Of a stretch of 64,000 nt of DNA, positions 38,205 to 48,557 are shown in pieces. The stretch is from Candidatus Obscuribacteraceae bacterium (GTDB lineage Bacteria; Cyanobacteriota; Vampirovibrionia; Obscuribacterales; Obscuribacteraceae), in contig JBGAHS010000004.1 of assembly GCA_044226015.1 (NCBI GenBank), forward strand, positions 192,001 to 256,000. The letters are read 5' to 3'. Within the stretch, counting starts at the first letter, position 1; every line of letters begins with the position of its first letter. The position numbers were made by a program, and so were the translations under genes. The notes below the pieces were generated by a model that was given only the letters and a program-made list of their open reading frames with translations, made no database searches and was not told the origin of the DNA.

Positions 38205-40760
38205 TCATTCATTTTCGTTGTCGGCGGCTTCGGCTGATTCCGCTTCTTTTTCTAATTTCTGGTATTCAGGCTCGCGCTTGCTCAATTCGTGATGACTGTC
38301 CATTGCTATTCTTGCCACGCGTAAGTAGTCTCTGCTAAGAGCTTTATTCTTTGTTTTGAGTTTATGGCAAAGTTCAAAGACCTTATTCAAAAACTCATCT
38401 GCGCTCGTTTTCTTGCAAGCTTTGTCTATGTAGTTCTGCGCTCTATCTGGAAACTTAATTGCAAGGTATGTGTATACCTCACAAATATGAGCGTTTGAAA
38501 ATTTAGCTCGGTCAATGTTCTGGTCGAGTAATTCAAGAACCCTGGTCTGTTCCCTTTGTGCTTTAGAACCTGTGTTGTTTTGAAAATCTCTAACCAGTTG
38601 AAGAAGCAGAGCCGCTGATTCCTCGGGCTCTGAATTCAGATGATTTGACAGTAATGGACCTATTGTTGTCCACAGTCTTTGATGGCTATATTCCACCGGA
38701 TAAAGCACTGGAATCAGAGCTTTGCTTGATGGCAAAAAATATTTTGTGTCCTCCGCGTCGATTCTACTCAAATAAGTCAAACCTTCCTTCAGTACAGTTT
38801 CTTTTCTGTTTGCGGCGCCGGACTTCAGAGCGGTTAAGTAGATAATCTCCACCTGATCTCTCAGGTCTGGTTTTAATTCATTCAGTCGCACTGCACGAGT
38901 CAGTGCTGTTGCGTATTGCAGCGCCTTTTGCGGCTCATTATTTTCGATGAATGCGTTTACTCGGTAGCTCATCAAATTGACTGATTCATTACTGTAAAAA
39001 TCACTTTTTTCGGTAGGAAGATCTCCGTACATAAATCCTGTAATTTCAAGCATTTCATTTGCGGAGATATCCTGACGAATAAGCCTGCAGAATTCTGCGA
39101 GTCTGGACACATTGATGAACTCCTCTTTTTCAAATGCTCTTCGTAATGAGTTCGCAGCTTGCAAGGCTATTGCCTTTCTCTTCTCTGATGAATATTCCGT
39201 GTGAAAAAGCAGTTCCCGAGTTAACGCAAGAGCCCTACCCACATTATCGTTTTGCGTTATGCTGACTAGATACTCATTTAGTTTTCTTGCGTTGTCTGAG
39301 CGTTTTGTAAGTCCGAAAACGTCTTCGCAAGCAAGTATGTTGTCGCGCAACATTGGCATCAATTCTGGTTCTTTCTCGATTGTTTTTGAAATTAATCGCA
39401 GATATTTGATGGTGTCATCATAATTGCTAATCCACGAGCTTAATAATGCCAGGTATGAAAGCCTCTCTAATTCACTTTTGGGGTCTGCTAAATGGGTTTG
39501 GCTGAGCCTGTTCAAAATGTTCTGAAAGACAGCTCGTTTTGAATAACCAGCATCGTTTTGCTTTTTGACAGTGATATTGTATTGAAGGCATTTCTGGGCA
39601 ATTTTAGCCAACTTCAAAGGCGCTATCGTCTTATTTGATGCATTTGAGATCAGAAAGCTGTTTGCCTGCTCAAACAACTTGTCGTTGCTAATATCGCTAC
39701 TTTCGCTGAAGTATCGTGCCCGGTCCTTGAGTTCTACTTTCTCGGGGGCTTTGCCAAAATGAAGGGCGCTAAGAGTAATCAACCCCATGATTAATCCGAC
39801 GGCTACAATAGACCAGAACCACTTTTTTTCAAGGACTTTTCTTGAATCTGATTCGCCCGAGGAATTTGAGCATGCTTCTAATGCTATTAGCAATTCTGAT
39901 GCAGTCTGAAATCTCTTTGTCCTGTCCTTTTCGCAGCAACGCAAAATGCAGTCAGCAAATTTCTTGCTTATGCCATATTTAGCTGGCACAGAGAGTAATG
40001 GTTTGTTTACGTGGTTGTGCATCGTTGCTAGCTCGTTTGCATCTTCCATGGGCGGCGTGCCCACCATTGCCTCGTACATCACGCAAGCTAGCGAATAAAT
40101 GTCAGAGCGTTGATCGAGTTCCTTTTCACTACATTGCTCTGGGCTCATGTAGTTTACGGTTCCCAACATGACGCCTGTCTGAGTCAGGTTTTGATTGCTT
40201 GATTGAAGTGCTTTGAATATTCCAAAGTCGAGCAGTTTTGCAATTCGTTCGTCGGGTTCCTCTAAAAGCATTATGTTGGCTGGTTTGAGGTCACGGTGGA
40301 TAATATGCTTTTCGTGCGCATATTCTAGGGACTTGCAAATTTTGATGAAAATTGGAATGGCTTCTTCTTGTTTCAGAGGACCGTTTTTTTTCAATTTCTC
40401 AGCAAGAGTCTCACCTTTTAGGCGCTCTAAAACCATGTAGTTGCGACCATCTGGGAGACTCGAGAATGCAAGAAACTGTACGATGTTCTCATGATCAAAT
40501 GTACTTAAGACCTGAGCTTCATTCTTGAATCGCAATGATGAATCAGAACTTTGTTCTGGAACCTTATTCAGGATTTTAACTGCTACTGTTTTTTCAAGTA
40601 GCCTGTGGAATGCTTCGTAAACAACTCCATTGCCACCTTCGCCAATGATCTTCCGTACTTCCATCTTCTGGTCAATTAGTGTTCCAACCAGGTTTGAAGA
40701 CGAACTCGGGCTGTCTGGCCTTTGTTGTTCGTCTTCAGGTTCGTGTTCGCGATTCTTCAA
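38205..40760 (-). CDS. Hanks-type Ser/Thr protein kinase with TM and helical C-terminal domain
   Basis: IGEGGNGVVY, VAVK, HRDLKPANIM, DFG, YMSPEQ; TM WFWSIVAVGLIMGLITLSAL. Confidence 0.92.
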   Translation of the reverse strand: MKNREHEPEDEQQRPDSPSSSSNLVGTLIDQKMEVRKIIGEGGNGVVYEAFHRLLEKTVAVKILNKVPEQSSDSSLRFKNEAQVLSTFDHENIVQFLAFSSLPDGRNYMVLERLKGETLAEKLKKNGPLKQEEAIPIFIKICKSLEYAHEKHIIHRDLKPANIMLLEEPDERIAKLLDFGIFKALQSSNQNLTQTGVMLGTVNYMSPEQCSEKELDQRSDIYSLACVMYEAMVGTPPMEDANELATMHNHVNKPLLSVPAKYGISKKFADCILRCCEKDRTKRFQTASELLIALEACSNSSGESDSRKVLEKKWFWSIVAVGLIMGLITLSALHFGKAPEKVELKDRARYFSESSDISNDKLFEQANSFLISNASNKTIAPLKLAKIAQKCLQYNITVKKQNDAGYSKRAVFQNILNRLSQTHLADPKSELERLSYLALLSSWISNYDDTIKYLRLISKTIEKEPELMPMLRDNILACEDVFGLTKRSDNARKLNEYLVSITQNDNVGRALALTRELLFHTEYSSEKRKAIALQAANSLRRAFEKEEFINVSRLAEFCRLIRQDISANEMLEITGFMYGDLPTEKSDFYSNESVNLMSYRVNAFIENNEPQKALQYATALTRAVRLNELKPDLRDQVEIIYLTALKSGAANRKETVLKEGLTYLSRIDAEDTKYFLPSSKALIPVLYPVEYSHQRLWTTIGPLLSNHLNSEPEESAALLLQLVRDFQNNTGSKAQREQTRVLELLDQNIDRAKFSNAHICEVYTYLAIKFPDRAQNYIDKACKKTSADEFLNKVFELCHKLKTKNKALSRDYLRVARIAMDSHHELSKREPEYQKLEKEAESAEAADNENE

Positions 40761-40793
40761 TCAGAACTCACCGTTGATTATGGATTGGAAGTA

Positions 40794-42614
40794 TTATTCT
40801 TTCGGAGCTTTAATGACTGCTTGAACTGATTTCTGACCGTTTCGGAAAATCCATGGTGGAACTGGTTTAGCGCTGGTCCAGATACCAATCTTGGCTATCT
40901 TTGCAGTGTTCTGGAGCCGTTTCAGTTCTTCGTCTTTGGGGGCGTACTTGTCGCTCCACCAGGCCAGTCCCTTCTCAACCAGCTCTTGATTCAGATTGCA
41001 GCCGTCGTCGAGAATAACATCGGCAATGGTTCTGCCCATGCGATCCTTACCATGTAAGGTCAAAGTGACCATCTTATTCTTGCAAATTTGTTCTGTAAAA
41101 CTCTTCGCCTGGGGTCCATATTCCTGAGCCATCTCTGGGCAGTCTATTCCGTAGAGAATAACTTTCTCTTTTTTCTGATCACGCAGAATTGTAAGACTGT
41201 CTCCATCTTGCACCGATACAATTTTAGCCTTTATGTCTTCGGCGCTTGCCGGTAGGGCTGACAGTGCGATGAGCATCAATACGGCAAGAACTGACACGAG
41301 TTCCTTGCTTATTCTCTCGATTGTACTAAGCGCAATTTTTCTAACTTCTTCTCTTCTAGCCACTTTATCTCTTACTTTCATTAGTTCTTCCGGTGTATCA
41401 ATTATTCCCCAATTTGAATTTATTGGTTGGAAGTGCTTTGCGTCAGCACTAGTGATGTAGCGTATTAAAGCTCCGATCATGCAAGTACCCGGCAAAGTCA
41501 ATAATTCCTCGCCATTTAATCGTCTTGCTGCATTAATTGCAGCGATGATACCAGTGGCAGTGCTCTCCGAGTAGCCCTCTACGCCAGTCAACTGACCGGC
41601 AAAAAATACATCGGGACGTTTGCGCAGGTTCAAACTAGGCGACAAGACCACGGGGCTGTTCAAATAAGTGTTGCGATGCATGACGCCGAGTCTGACAAAT
41701 TCGGCAGATTCCAAACCTGGTATCAGTCCAAAGATTCGTTTCTGGTCAGGCCATTTCAAGTTCGTTTGAAAACCAACTATGTTGTAGAGCTTGGCGGCTG
41801 CATTGTCTTGTCTCAGTTGAACGACTGCGTAGGCTCGTTTTCCAGTCTTGGGGTCTTCCAATCCAACAGGTTTCATCGGACCAAATCGCAGTGTATCCAC
41901 ACCTCTTGAAGCGATGACTTCGACCGGTAAGCAAGATTCAAAATATGGTGTGTCTTTCTCGAAGTCCTTGAGCTCAACCCTTTCCCCTTCAGTTAAGGCT
42001 GTCCAAAACGCGAGGTACTGTTCTTTGTTCATTGGGCAATTAATGTAGACGCCTTCACCTTTGTCATAGCGACTTTTCTCATAGGCGATTTCCATGTTGA
42101 CAGATTCGCGCGTGAGAATTGGAGCTGCGGCATCGAAAAAATGTAATTGAGCTTCGCCCGTGGTGCTGCTTATTGACTCAGCTAGAGCTGCAGATGTTAG
42201 AGGTCCGGTCGCTACAACGCATACACCATCGGTTGGAATGCTCGTTATTTCTTCCCTGTGCAAGGTGATAAAAGAATTGCCGCTGATTGCTTCAGTAATT
42301 GTGTTTGCAAAAGCTTCTCTGTCGACTGCCAGCGCGCCACCAGCCGGAACTTTGCAGTTCCAGGCCGATTGCACAATCAGTGAATCGAGAATTCGCATCT
42401 CTTCTTTGAGAAGCGCCGAAGCATTCTTGCTATCATAAGAACCGAGGCTGTTCGAGCAAACCAGTTCGGAAAGATTATTTGTGTGATGCGCGCCGGTCAT
42501 CTTTACAGGTCGCATTTCATAAAGGTCGACGTGTATGCCTCGGCGCGCCAGTTGCCAGGCTGCTTCAGTTCCAGCCAGACCGCCACCGATAACCGTAACT
42601 CGCTTTTCGGACAT
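40794..42614 (-). CDS. trmFO: TrmFO (FAD/folate tRNA U54 methyltransferase) fused through a hydrophobic helix to a thermonuclease (SNase) domain
   Basis: VIGGGLAGTEAAW, ELVCSNS, FESCLP, HRNTY, GQLTGVEGY over about 438 aa; then LVSVLAVLMLIALSALPASA; then DGDS...GIDCPE...DRMGR...LVEKGLAW...AKIGIW; ATG 42614 follows GGAGG. Confidence 0.9.
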   Translation of the reverse strand: MSEKRVTVIGGGLAGTEAAWQLARRGIHVDLYEMRPVKMTGAHHTNNLSELVCSNSLGSYDSKNASALLKEEMRILDSLIVQSAWNCKVPAGGALAVDREAFANTITEAISGNSFITLHREEITSIPTDGVCVVATGPLTSAALAESISSTTGEAQLHFFDAAAPILTRESVNMEIAYEKSRYDKGEGVYINCPMNKEQYLAFWTALTEGERVELKDFEKDTPYFESCLPVEVIASRGVDTLRFGPMKPVGLEDPKTGKRAYAVVQLRQDNAAAKLYNIVGFQTNLKWPDQKRIFGLIPGLESAEFVRLGVMHRNTYLNSPVVLSPSLNLRKRPDVFFAGQLTGVEGYSESTATGIIAAINAARRLNGEELLTLPGTCMIGALIRYITSADAKHFQPINSNWGIIDTPEELMKVRDKVARREEVRKIALSTIERISKELVSVLAVLMLIALSALPASAEDIKAKIVSVQDGDSLTILRDQKKEKVILYGIDCPEMAQEYGPQAKSFTEQICKNKMVTLTLHGKDRMGRTIADVILDDGCNLNQELVEKGLAWWSDKYAPKDEELKRLQNTAKIAKIGIWTSAKPVPPWIFRNGQKSVQAVIKAPKE

Positions 42615-42667
42615 TTTTCTTCCTCCGATGACACCCGCCATCGCTTCGGGAAGTCATTATATCCCAG

Positions 42668-43039
42668 CTATTCGAGGACGACTTTGCTGCGTGAAAAGTC
42701 GAGTGTAAGTTTTCGTCCTGACAAAAACTTTTCGCCAATTATTGCCCGATTTTTAATTCCACCGAGCACGACTACCTGATGAGGCTCGCCGCCCAGTGCC
42801 ATCGTGCCGAGATAATGGTCCATCAGTACCGTCTGGAAACCCACAACAACTCTGCGTGAGCCAAGCCTTCTCCAGCCCAGGCGCACAGCCAGCTCTTCGT
42901 TAATTGCCATGGCTCCGCCATATTCCAGAGACACAGCAGCTTCCACTTCTACTTCTAAGCCGTCTGCTGCAATAACAATAACCGGCAGCAAAACTTTACC
43001 TGCCTCATCTATGCGACCCTGGATTACCGAATTTCTCAA
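42668..43039 (-). CDS. Clan AA retropepsin-like protein lacking the catalytic DTG
   Basis: IQGRID...IAADG...AINEELAVRLGW...IIGEKFL pattern of small aspartyl-protease-like proteins; VSLEY where LDTGF is expected. Confidence 0.6.
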   Translation of the reverse strand: MRNSVIQGRIDEAGKVLLPVIVIAADGLEVEVEAAVSLEYGGAMAINEELAVRLGWRRLGSRRVVVGFQTVLMDHYLGTMALGGEPHQVVVLGGIKNRAIIGEKFLSGRKLTLDFSRSKVVLE

Positions 43040-43060
43040 GAACCTGACCCTTTTGACGGA

Positions 43061-43324
43061 TTAACAAAGAGTGTCTACAGCCGGATTATCGCTCAGCCTG
43101 TATGCGAAGAACTGCGAGCGTGGATGTTTCTTTCTCGCTCTATTCAAAACCTCATAGTCGTCCAAACCAATGAAATAATCACCTGTCTCCGGCTCAATAG
43201 CCACGATCCAGTCCTTATAGCGCTCTCCCAGCTCGGTGTAGAGCCGTTCGAAGGTCGGAAAACAAAGGCGGTCCAATTCTTCCCTTGAATAAATCTTAGT
43301 TTCCCGTGATTCTGGTTGACCCAT
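43061..43324 (-). CDS. Small DUF5678-like protein
   Basis: YKDWIVAIEPETGDYFIG...ARKKHP; this type commonly precedes retropepsin-like genes. Confidence 0.6.
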   Translation of the reverse strand: MGQPESRETKIYSREELDRLCFPTFERLYTELGERYKDWIVAIEPETGDYFIGLDDYEVLNRARKKHPRSQFFAYRLSDNPAVDTLC

Positions 43325-43646
43325 GATGCTTACCGAATGTTTCGTTGTTAGAACGATAGTAATATTGCTTGAAATGCTCTGAACGCTGCCAAGAGAAAGC
43401 GGTTTGAGACTTTAGTCAATTATAACGTCAGACTGCCTTGAATCATTCCTCTTGGCGTCAATCCTTCATTATGATAGCCTTTAGCTCTTGTTTCAGAGTA
43501 GAAGCCAGAGCAGGCGCCGTTTATTTTAAGACTGCTGGGAACACCAGACACTCAATTAAGTCTTTCAAATAGAGGAAAAAACGCGAGCGACTCAGTCATT
43601 CTTGTGATTAGTCGAACAGGAAATCAGGCAGGAAATCAGGCTAGGA

Positions 43647-46600
43647 ATGGTTCAGGAGCCGCTAACCAGAGAATCAGTCGAAGAGCCGCAGCCTGCAGAC
43701 GAATCCAGGCTGAAATTTCGCATCATCCTTAAGTTCTTTGCAATGTGGCTGAGCTCTCTTGCAGTGCTTGTAGTTATTGCCTTGTTAAGCAACATAGAAT
43801 GGGCTCGTCGACACATCGAGACGGCTCTGCGCCAATCATTTCATCGCCAGGTGCATCTTGGGCGCTTGAGTTGGAGCTTTGGTTTGCAGGGCTTAGCGAT
43901 AGATACCGATCGGCTAGAATTGAAAGAAGAGAAAACCGGGGCGCCTTTTATCAGTTCCGGACCATCTGAAATTGGTATTGCCGTCTTACCGCTTTTGCAA
44001 AAGAAGCTGGTTGTAAAACATCTCGAATTTGAGAAGCCTGAAGTTTGGGCAATCAAATTAGACGCAAAGCGTTGGAACTTCAGCGATTTAATTACTGAGG
44101 GACCGGAAATAAGAATGCTGCGTATTGAAGATGGTCAGCTTCATCTTCTCAACCATGACTTGAAGACTTTGAATCCAACTGTTGAGGGCAATTGGCAAAA
44201 GTATGACTTGAAGAACATCAAGTTGTCCCTCACGCTGCCGAAAAACAATCGTACCTGGCCAGCGTTTCTATCTTTCAAGCTTCCTGTTAAAGACGACTCA
44301 GGGCATGACTATGATTGCTCTGTGCGACTTTCTGCAACGGGCAAAGGTCCGTTTGATGCGTGGAACAAAAACAAATATACAGTTGATCTGCAGCTGCAAA
44401 AATTTGACCCATCGAAGTTTCGTCCCCTTCTCACTAAGTTGCCGAAATTGCGCGGCATTTGTGATCTCACATTAAAAGGCAGCGGAATATTTGACGAGGG
44501 ATTTTCAGCCACTGCAGATGGTGGCGTATCTGATTTGCGTCTTGAGACTGCCGAGCATAAAGAACTAGTAATTGCGTCAACCAAGCTGTCTAGCAATCTC
44601 ATGATCAGTCCAGGAGATTTGCGCTGGACAAATCTAAATGTAGGGCTGCAAGAATGGCAGCTGAATTCTGACGGTTCACTTTCTGACTGGCAAACTGACT
44701 CTTTCGCGTATAAGGCGCGCATTGGTGGACAGCTCAGTGACCTGAAGGGATTCTTCAACACTGTAGTTTCCAGGTTCTTGCCAGATCAAGCTGCGGCAAA
44801 ATCTAATGCTACCGACAATAAACTCAGCAAGATTGAGAAAGCCACGAAAAATGGAGAGCTTGCTGGCAAAGCAACAATTGAGCTGCATTTAAATGGAAAC
44901 AAGACTAATCAAACTGTGGCGACAAACATAAAGGCTGACGGTATTCCACTTGCGCAGTTGGTCGATGATGAGATGGCTAGTGGTGTTATAGAAGCCTTCA
45001 AGTTAAATCCTGATGCACCCATTCGTGGCGAGTTGAGCATAGACCCTGGCAAGAAACTGGAATTGAAAGATCTGGAAATTCCAATGGAAGATTCCAAAAT
45101 TCATCTCTCTGGTTTTGTCGATACAGTCACACGCGCCACTGAAATTGAGTTCAATGCTGACAATCTGAGCTTCGATACTTTCAAGAAACGAATTGGTGAA
45201 AAAAATGAACTCATCAAAGCAATATGCGGACCCAGTGGAAAAAACAAAGGCTATTATGTCGCTGGTAATCTGGACATAAAGGGCAGTTATAAATCTGATG
45301 GAGTCAAGGATGCAGTGATTCAAGTTGACTCCAACTTGAAAGGGCTGAAGCTAACCAGAGTTGATTCCAAAACCCCTGCCGCCACGGGCATCAAAGGGCA
45401 GATCAATTACTCTAATGATCGTGTGGACATCAAGCAACTCTCTGGTAGCACCATCTTCTCTCCGACAGATTCGGGTGATTTCGCTCTGAGTGGTTCTTTC
45501 AATCCAAAAAATTCGAAAAATGGATTGCTAGATCTCAAAGCTCATGGAGTGAATATCGCCACTTTGAAGGAATGGTCCAATCGGTTCAATATAAACCTGC
45601 AAGAACGTGGCTTTGACAGAATTGCGGGAGATCTGCACGAACTAAAAGCGCATGCAGAGTTAAAAAACGGACAGGTCGCTAGCACCTTCACGATTAACCC
45701 CTCTGACCTGTATGTGAATTTAGCTGGAACTGGAAAGGCGAACGAATCTAATCAACTAAGATTGAGTTCTGGAGTTATAAGTTATGAAGGTAATGAACTC
45801 AAAGTTGATGATGTGGTGCTGAGTAGCCGAGCCGGCAAATTAACTCTTGATGCAGGACTCTCTGGCGCTCTCGATGCACTTAAATTTCGTTGGGCCAAAA
45901 TCAGAACCGATGGATATGAACTGGCTGACTTGCACAGTGTGTGGCGAAGCAACATGGCTACTCCGCCCGCGAAATCTGCCAGTACGGCTGTAGCCAGCAA
46001 TAATGTCTTGCCTTCATTCTTGACGCCATCAAACAATTCGCAGTTACATGGAAAGGTTTATGGTGAAATGCAATTCTCTGCAAGTGGTGCCAACGCTGTT
46101 TCTGGCGTTGTGGGCTTCAGCAACGCAGGAGGTCGTTTTGGTAAGACTCAAGTCGCCGTTGAAAAATTGACAGGTGTTGCAGTGATAACAAAAGACCAGA
46201 TTGTGTTGCAGGACACGACAGGTCAAATTGGAAAGAGTACCTTTAATCTTGATGGAACAATGAGCAATTACGCTCAGGCAAATTGCAACTGGCAGGGACA
46301 ATTGCGGGGACAGTTCTATCCTGATGAAGTTGACGCGATTATGGATAATTTGGGGCATGGAATTGCTTTGTCCTCCAGGCAAAATGAAGCCCTTTCTCTG
46401 CGAGTCACCGGCAATGGTGACATGCGCAGTGCAAATCTGAAATTTAGAGGACGAGCCGCCGCGACACAGGTTTTGAATCTGAAGACTGCTTTTGGTGTGT
46501 TTCGTCAACCGAAAGGACGCCCACTGGATTTTCAGGGCGGGCTGAAGGTCGATGACGCGCAGTCAGAACTGGTTTTGAACGACTTTCAAATGAACTCTGC

Positions 46601-47834
46601 TAGTGAGGTTCTTCACGCAGATGGAGCCTTCCGCTGGGCGAATGAAACTGCGGAGAAGCCGGCTTCTCTCTCGTTCGCATTGAAGACACCAAGCCCCGTA
46701 AAGACAGCGACTCTTGTCGAAATAACATCGCAGAAACCATCAACTGAACCGATTCAGATTGGTGGCACTTCTGACCTTAATCTCAAGGTTGAGGGGCCGG
46801 TGAATGACCTCGTTTTGACGGGGAATATTTCGCTGGATAAGAACACGATGCCCAGCATCCACATGGATAATCTAACGGGCAAGCTTGATTTACCCGGTTG
46901 GCATTTCAACAAGTCCGGAAATGATTCCGCTGTTTCAATTGCAAAATTGCAATTGAAGTCTCTAAATCTTGGTGGTCTTGCTTTAAGAGAAGCAAACACC
47001 ACGCTCTCTTTGGAAGGAAACAAAATAAGTTTCAAGGACTTTCAAGCCGCCATGTCTGGTGGCAAGGTCAATATTTCAGGTTATGCCAACACAGATACTC
47101 AGAGTTTTCATGCTGAGATAAACGCGTCGAAGTTGGTTGTTGATGAGTTGGTGAAAGATTTGATTGATCACTCTGGTGGTGTCACAGGTCTTGCTGATGT
47201 AAGTTTGTCTATCGACAAAATTCCTGGTGAAGAGAAAAGCGGAAGCCTGACAGGAAGCGGAAAATTCAACATTTATCAGGGCTCTGTTGCCAGCTTTGGA
47301 AAGTTGCAGGTCAAACTAAATGAAGCCAACCTATTGCAACAGGGTCTATTTGGTTTCAACGTAAACAACTTACTGCAAGCAATGATGCCTGTCAATTCTG
47401 GTCAGTTCAATGAAGTTTCGGGTGACCTGCGCATGTCGAATGGCTCAATTCAGTTTGAACAAGTGCGATTCGAGGGCAACAATTTGCGAATGCGTGCAGC
47501 AGGCAGATTCGATTATCTAGGTCGAAGTATGGAGGTTGCTGTTGCAGGTGATATCCCTCGTGTCAGCTCAAGTTTGATTCCTGGTCCGATTGGTGAAATG
47601 TCGCGCAAAGTGACTCTGCAACGTATGTTCCGTATCGTCACTTTCAAAAAGCTGAAAGACTTACCTGCGCTTCCACTACTTGGAGACCTTGCGAATGATG
47701 ACCCTCGAGCATTTGCATTTTCTGTTAGTACTAGCACTGAGTCTCCTAAACTTATCACTCAGGCGGTAGAGAAATCATTCAAGTGGCTGCCAAACAAACC
47801 TTTTGCGTCTGCGCACCCTGTTCCCGGTATCTAG
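43647..47834 (+). CDS. AsmA-like/DUF3971 bridge-like lipid transfer protein
   Basis: N-terminal TM anchor, long amphipathic beta-strand repeats, WNFSDL, AsmA-like C-terminus. Confidence 0.8.
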   Translation: MVQEPLTRESVEEPQPADESRLKFRIILKFFAMWLSSLAVLVVIALLSNIEWARRHIETALRQSFHRQVHLGRLSWSFGLQGLAIDTDRLELKEEKTGAPFISSGPSEIGIAVLPLLQKKLVVKHLEFEKPEVWAIKLDAKRWNFSDLITEGPEIRMLRIEDGQLHLLNHDLKTLNPTVEGNWQKYDLKNIKLSLTLPKNNRTWPAFLSFKLPVKDDSGHDYDCSVRLSATGKGPFDAWNKNKYTVDLQLQKFDPSKFRPLLTKLPKLRGICDLTLKGSGIFDEGFSATADGGVSDLRLETAEHKELVIASTKLSSNLMISPGDLRWTNLNVGLQEWQLNSDGSLSDWQTDSFAYKARIGGQLSDLKGFFNTVVSRFLPDQAAAKSNATDNKLSKIEKATKNGELAGKATIELHLNGNKTNQTVATNIKADGIPLAQLVDDEMASGVIEAFKLNPDAPIRGELSIDPGKKLELKDLEIPMEDSKIHLSGFVDTVTRATEIEFNADNLSFDTFKKRIGEKNELIKAICGPSGKNKGYYVAGNLDIKGSYKSDGVKDAVIQVDSNLKGLKLTRVDSKTPAATGIKGQINYSNDRVDIKQLSGSTIFSPTDSGDFALSGSFNPKNSKNGLLDLKAHGVNIATLKEWSNRFNINLQERGFDRIAGDLHELKAHAELKNGQVASTFTINPSDLYVNLAGTGKANESNQLRLSSGVISYEGNELKVDDVVLSSRAGKLTLDAGLSGALDALKFRWAKIRTDGYELADLHSVWRSNMATPPAKSASTAVASNNVLPSFLTPSNNSQLHGKVYGEMQFSASGANAVSGVVGFSNAGGRFGKTQVAVEKLTGVAVITKDQIVLQDTTGQIGKSTFNLDGTMSNYAQANCNWQGQLRGQFYPDEVDAIMDNLGHGIALSSRQNEALSLRVTGNGDMRSANLKFRGRAAATQVLNLKTAFGVFRQPKGRPLDFQGGLKVDDAQSELVLNDFQMNSASEVLHADGAFRWANETAEKPASLSFALKTPSPVKTATLVEITSQKPSTEPIQIGGTSDLNLKVEGPVNDLVLTGNISLDKNTMPSIHMDNLTGKLDLPGWHFNKSGNDSAVSIAKLQLKSLNLGGLALREANTTLSLEGNKISFKDFQAAMSGGKVNISGYANTDTQSFHAEINASKLVVDELVKDLIDHSGGVTGLADVSLSIDKIPGEEKSGSLTGSGKFNIYQGSVASFGKLQVKLNEANLLQQGLFGFNVNNLLQAMMPVNSGQFNEVSGDLRMSNGSIQFEQVRFEGNNLRMRAAGRFDYLGRSMEVAVAGDIPRVSSSLIPGPIGEMSRKVTLQRMFRIVTFKKLKDLPALPLLGDLANDDPRAFAFSVSTSTESPKLITQAVEKSFKWLPNKPFASAHPVPGI

Positions 47835-47858
47835 TTTAGTTGATAGGAGATCAAATAC

Positions 47859-48557
47859 GTGAAAGCTTTTTCGATGGCTCTATCGTTGTTAGTACTTTGT
47901 TCTGTACCTGTTCTTGCTGCTCCCTCTGCAGCACCTGGCTCACCTGCAGCTAAGTCGACTGCCGCTAAGTCCACTGCCGCTGGTGCGGAGCTTGCAGATG
48001 AGAAGGCGTGCCGAAAATTTGTACAAGAGTTTTACGATTGGTACTTGAAGCAATCCAAGCGTGACGATAACAAGGACGATCCAAGTTCTACTGCGCTCAA
48101 AACAAGAAAGGACTCGTTTGATCCGCCTTTGATCAAGAAGCTGGAAGAAGATGAGGCTGCATCAGCGAAGTCACCCGATGAAATTGTTGGACTAGATTTT
48201 GATCCTTTCATGAATGCTCAAGATGTTCCTGAAAGCTACACAACTGGTAAAGTGGCAAGGAAAGGACAGTCTTATCTTGTCGAAGTCTACGGCAAATGGA
48301 CAGGCGACAACAGCAAAAATCGCAAGCCCGATGTCAGACCAGAACTTGTTTATCGCAACAATCACTTTGTGTTTGTAAACTTCCTCTATCCACCATCTGA
48401 TATTCCAGTGAATGCTGATTTGATAAGTGTTCTCAACGAACTTAAACGATCTCGCGATGAGGACAAGAAGTCTGCTTCGAACAAGGCTGTGAAGAGCAAA
48501 ACGTCCTCGTCAGCGAAATCAGCAGCAAGTAAGCCAGCTGGCAAATCCTCAAAATAA
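47859..48557 (+). CDS. Exported DUF3828/YbjP-like protein
   Basis: Signal peptide; FVQEFYDWY and LDFDPFMNAQD motifs. Confidence 0.75.
   Translation: MKAFSMALSLLVLCSVPVLAAPSAAPGSPAAKSTAAKSTAAGAELADEKACRKFVQEFYDWYLKQSKRDDNKDDPSSTALKTRKDSFDPPLIKKLEEDEAASAKSPDEIVGLDFDPFMNAQDVPESYTTGKVARKGQSYLVEVYGKWTGDNSKNRKPDVRPELVYRNNHFVFVNFLYPPSDIPVNADLISVLNELKRSRDEDKKSASNKAVKSKTSSSAKSAASKPAGKSSK

Noticed and set aside
43617..43640. 12-bp tandem duplication CAGGAAATCAGG before the AsmA-like gene
   Set aside because: Only two copies; most simply a local slippage duplication
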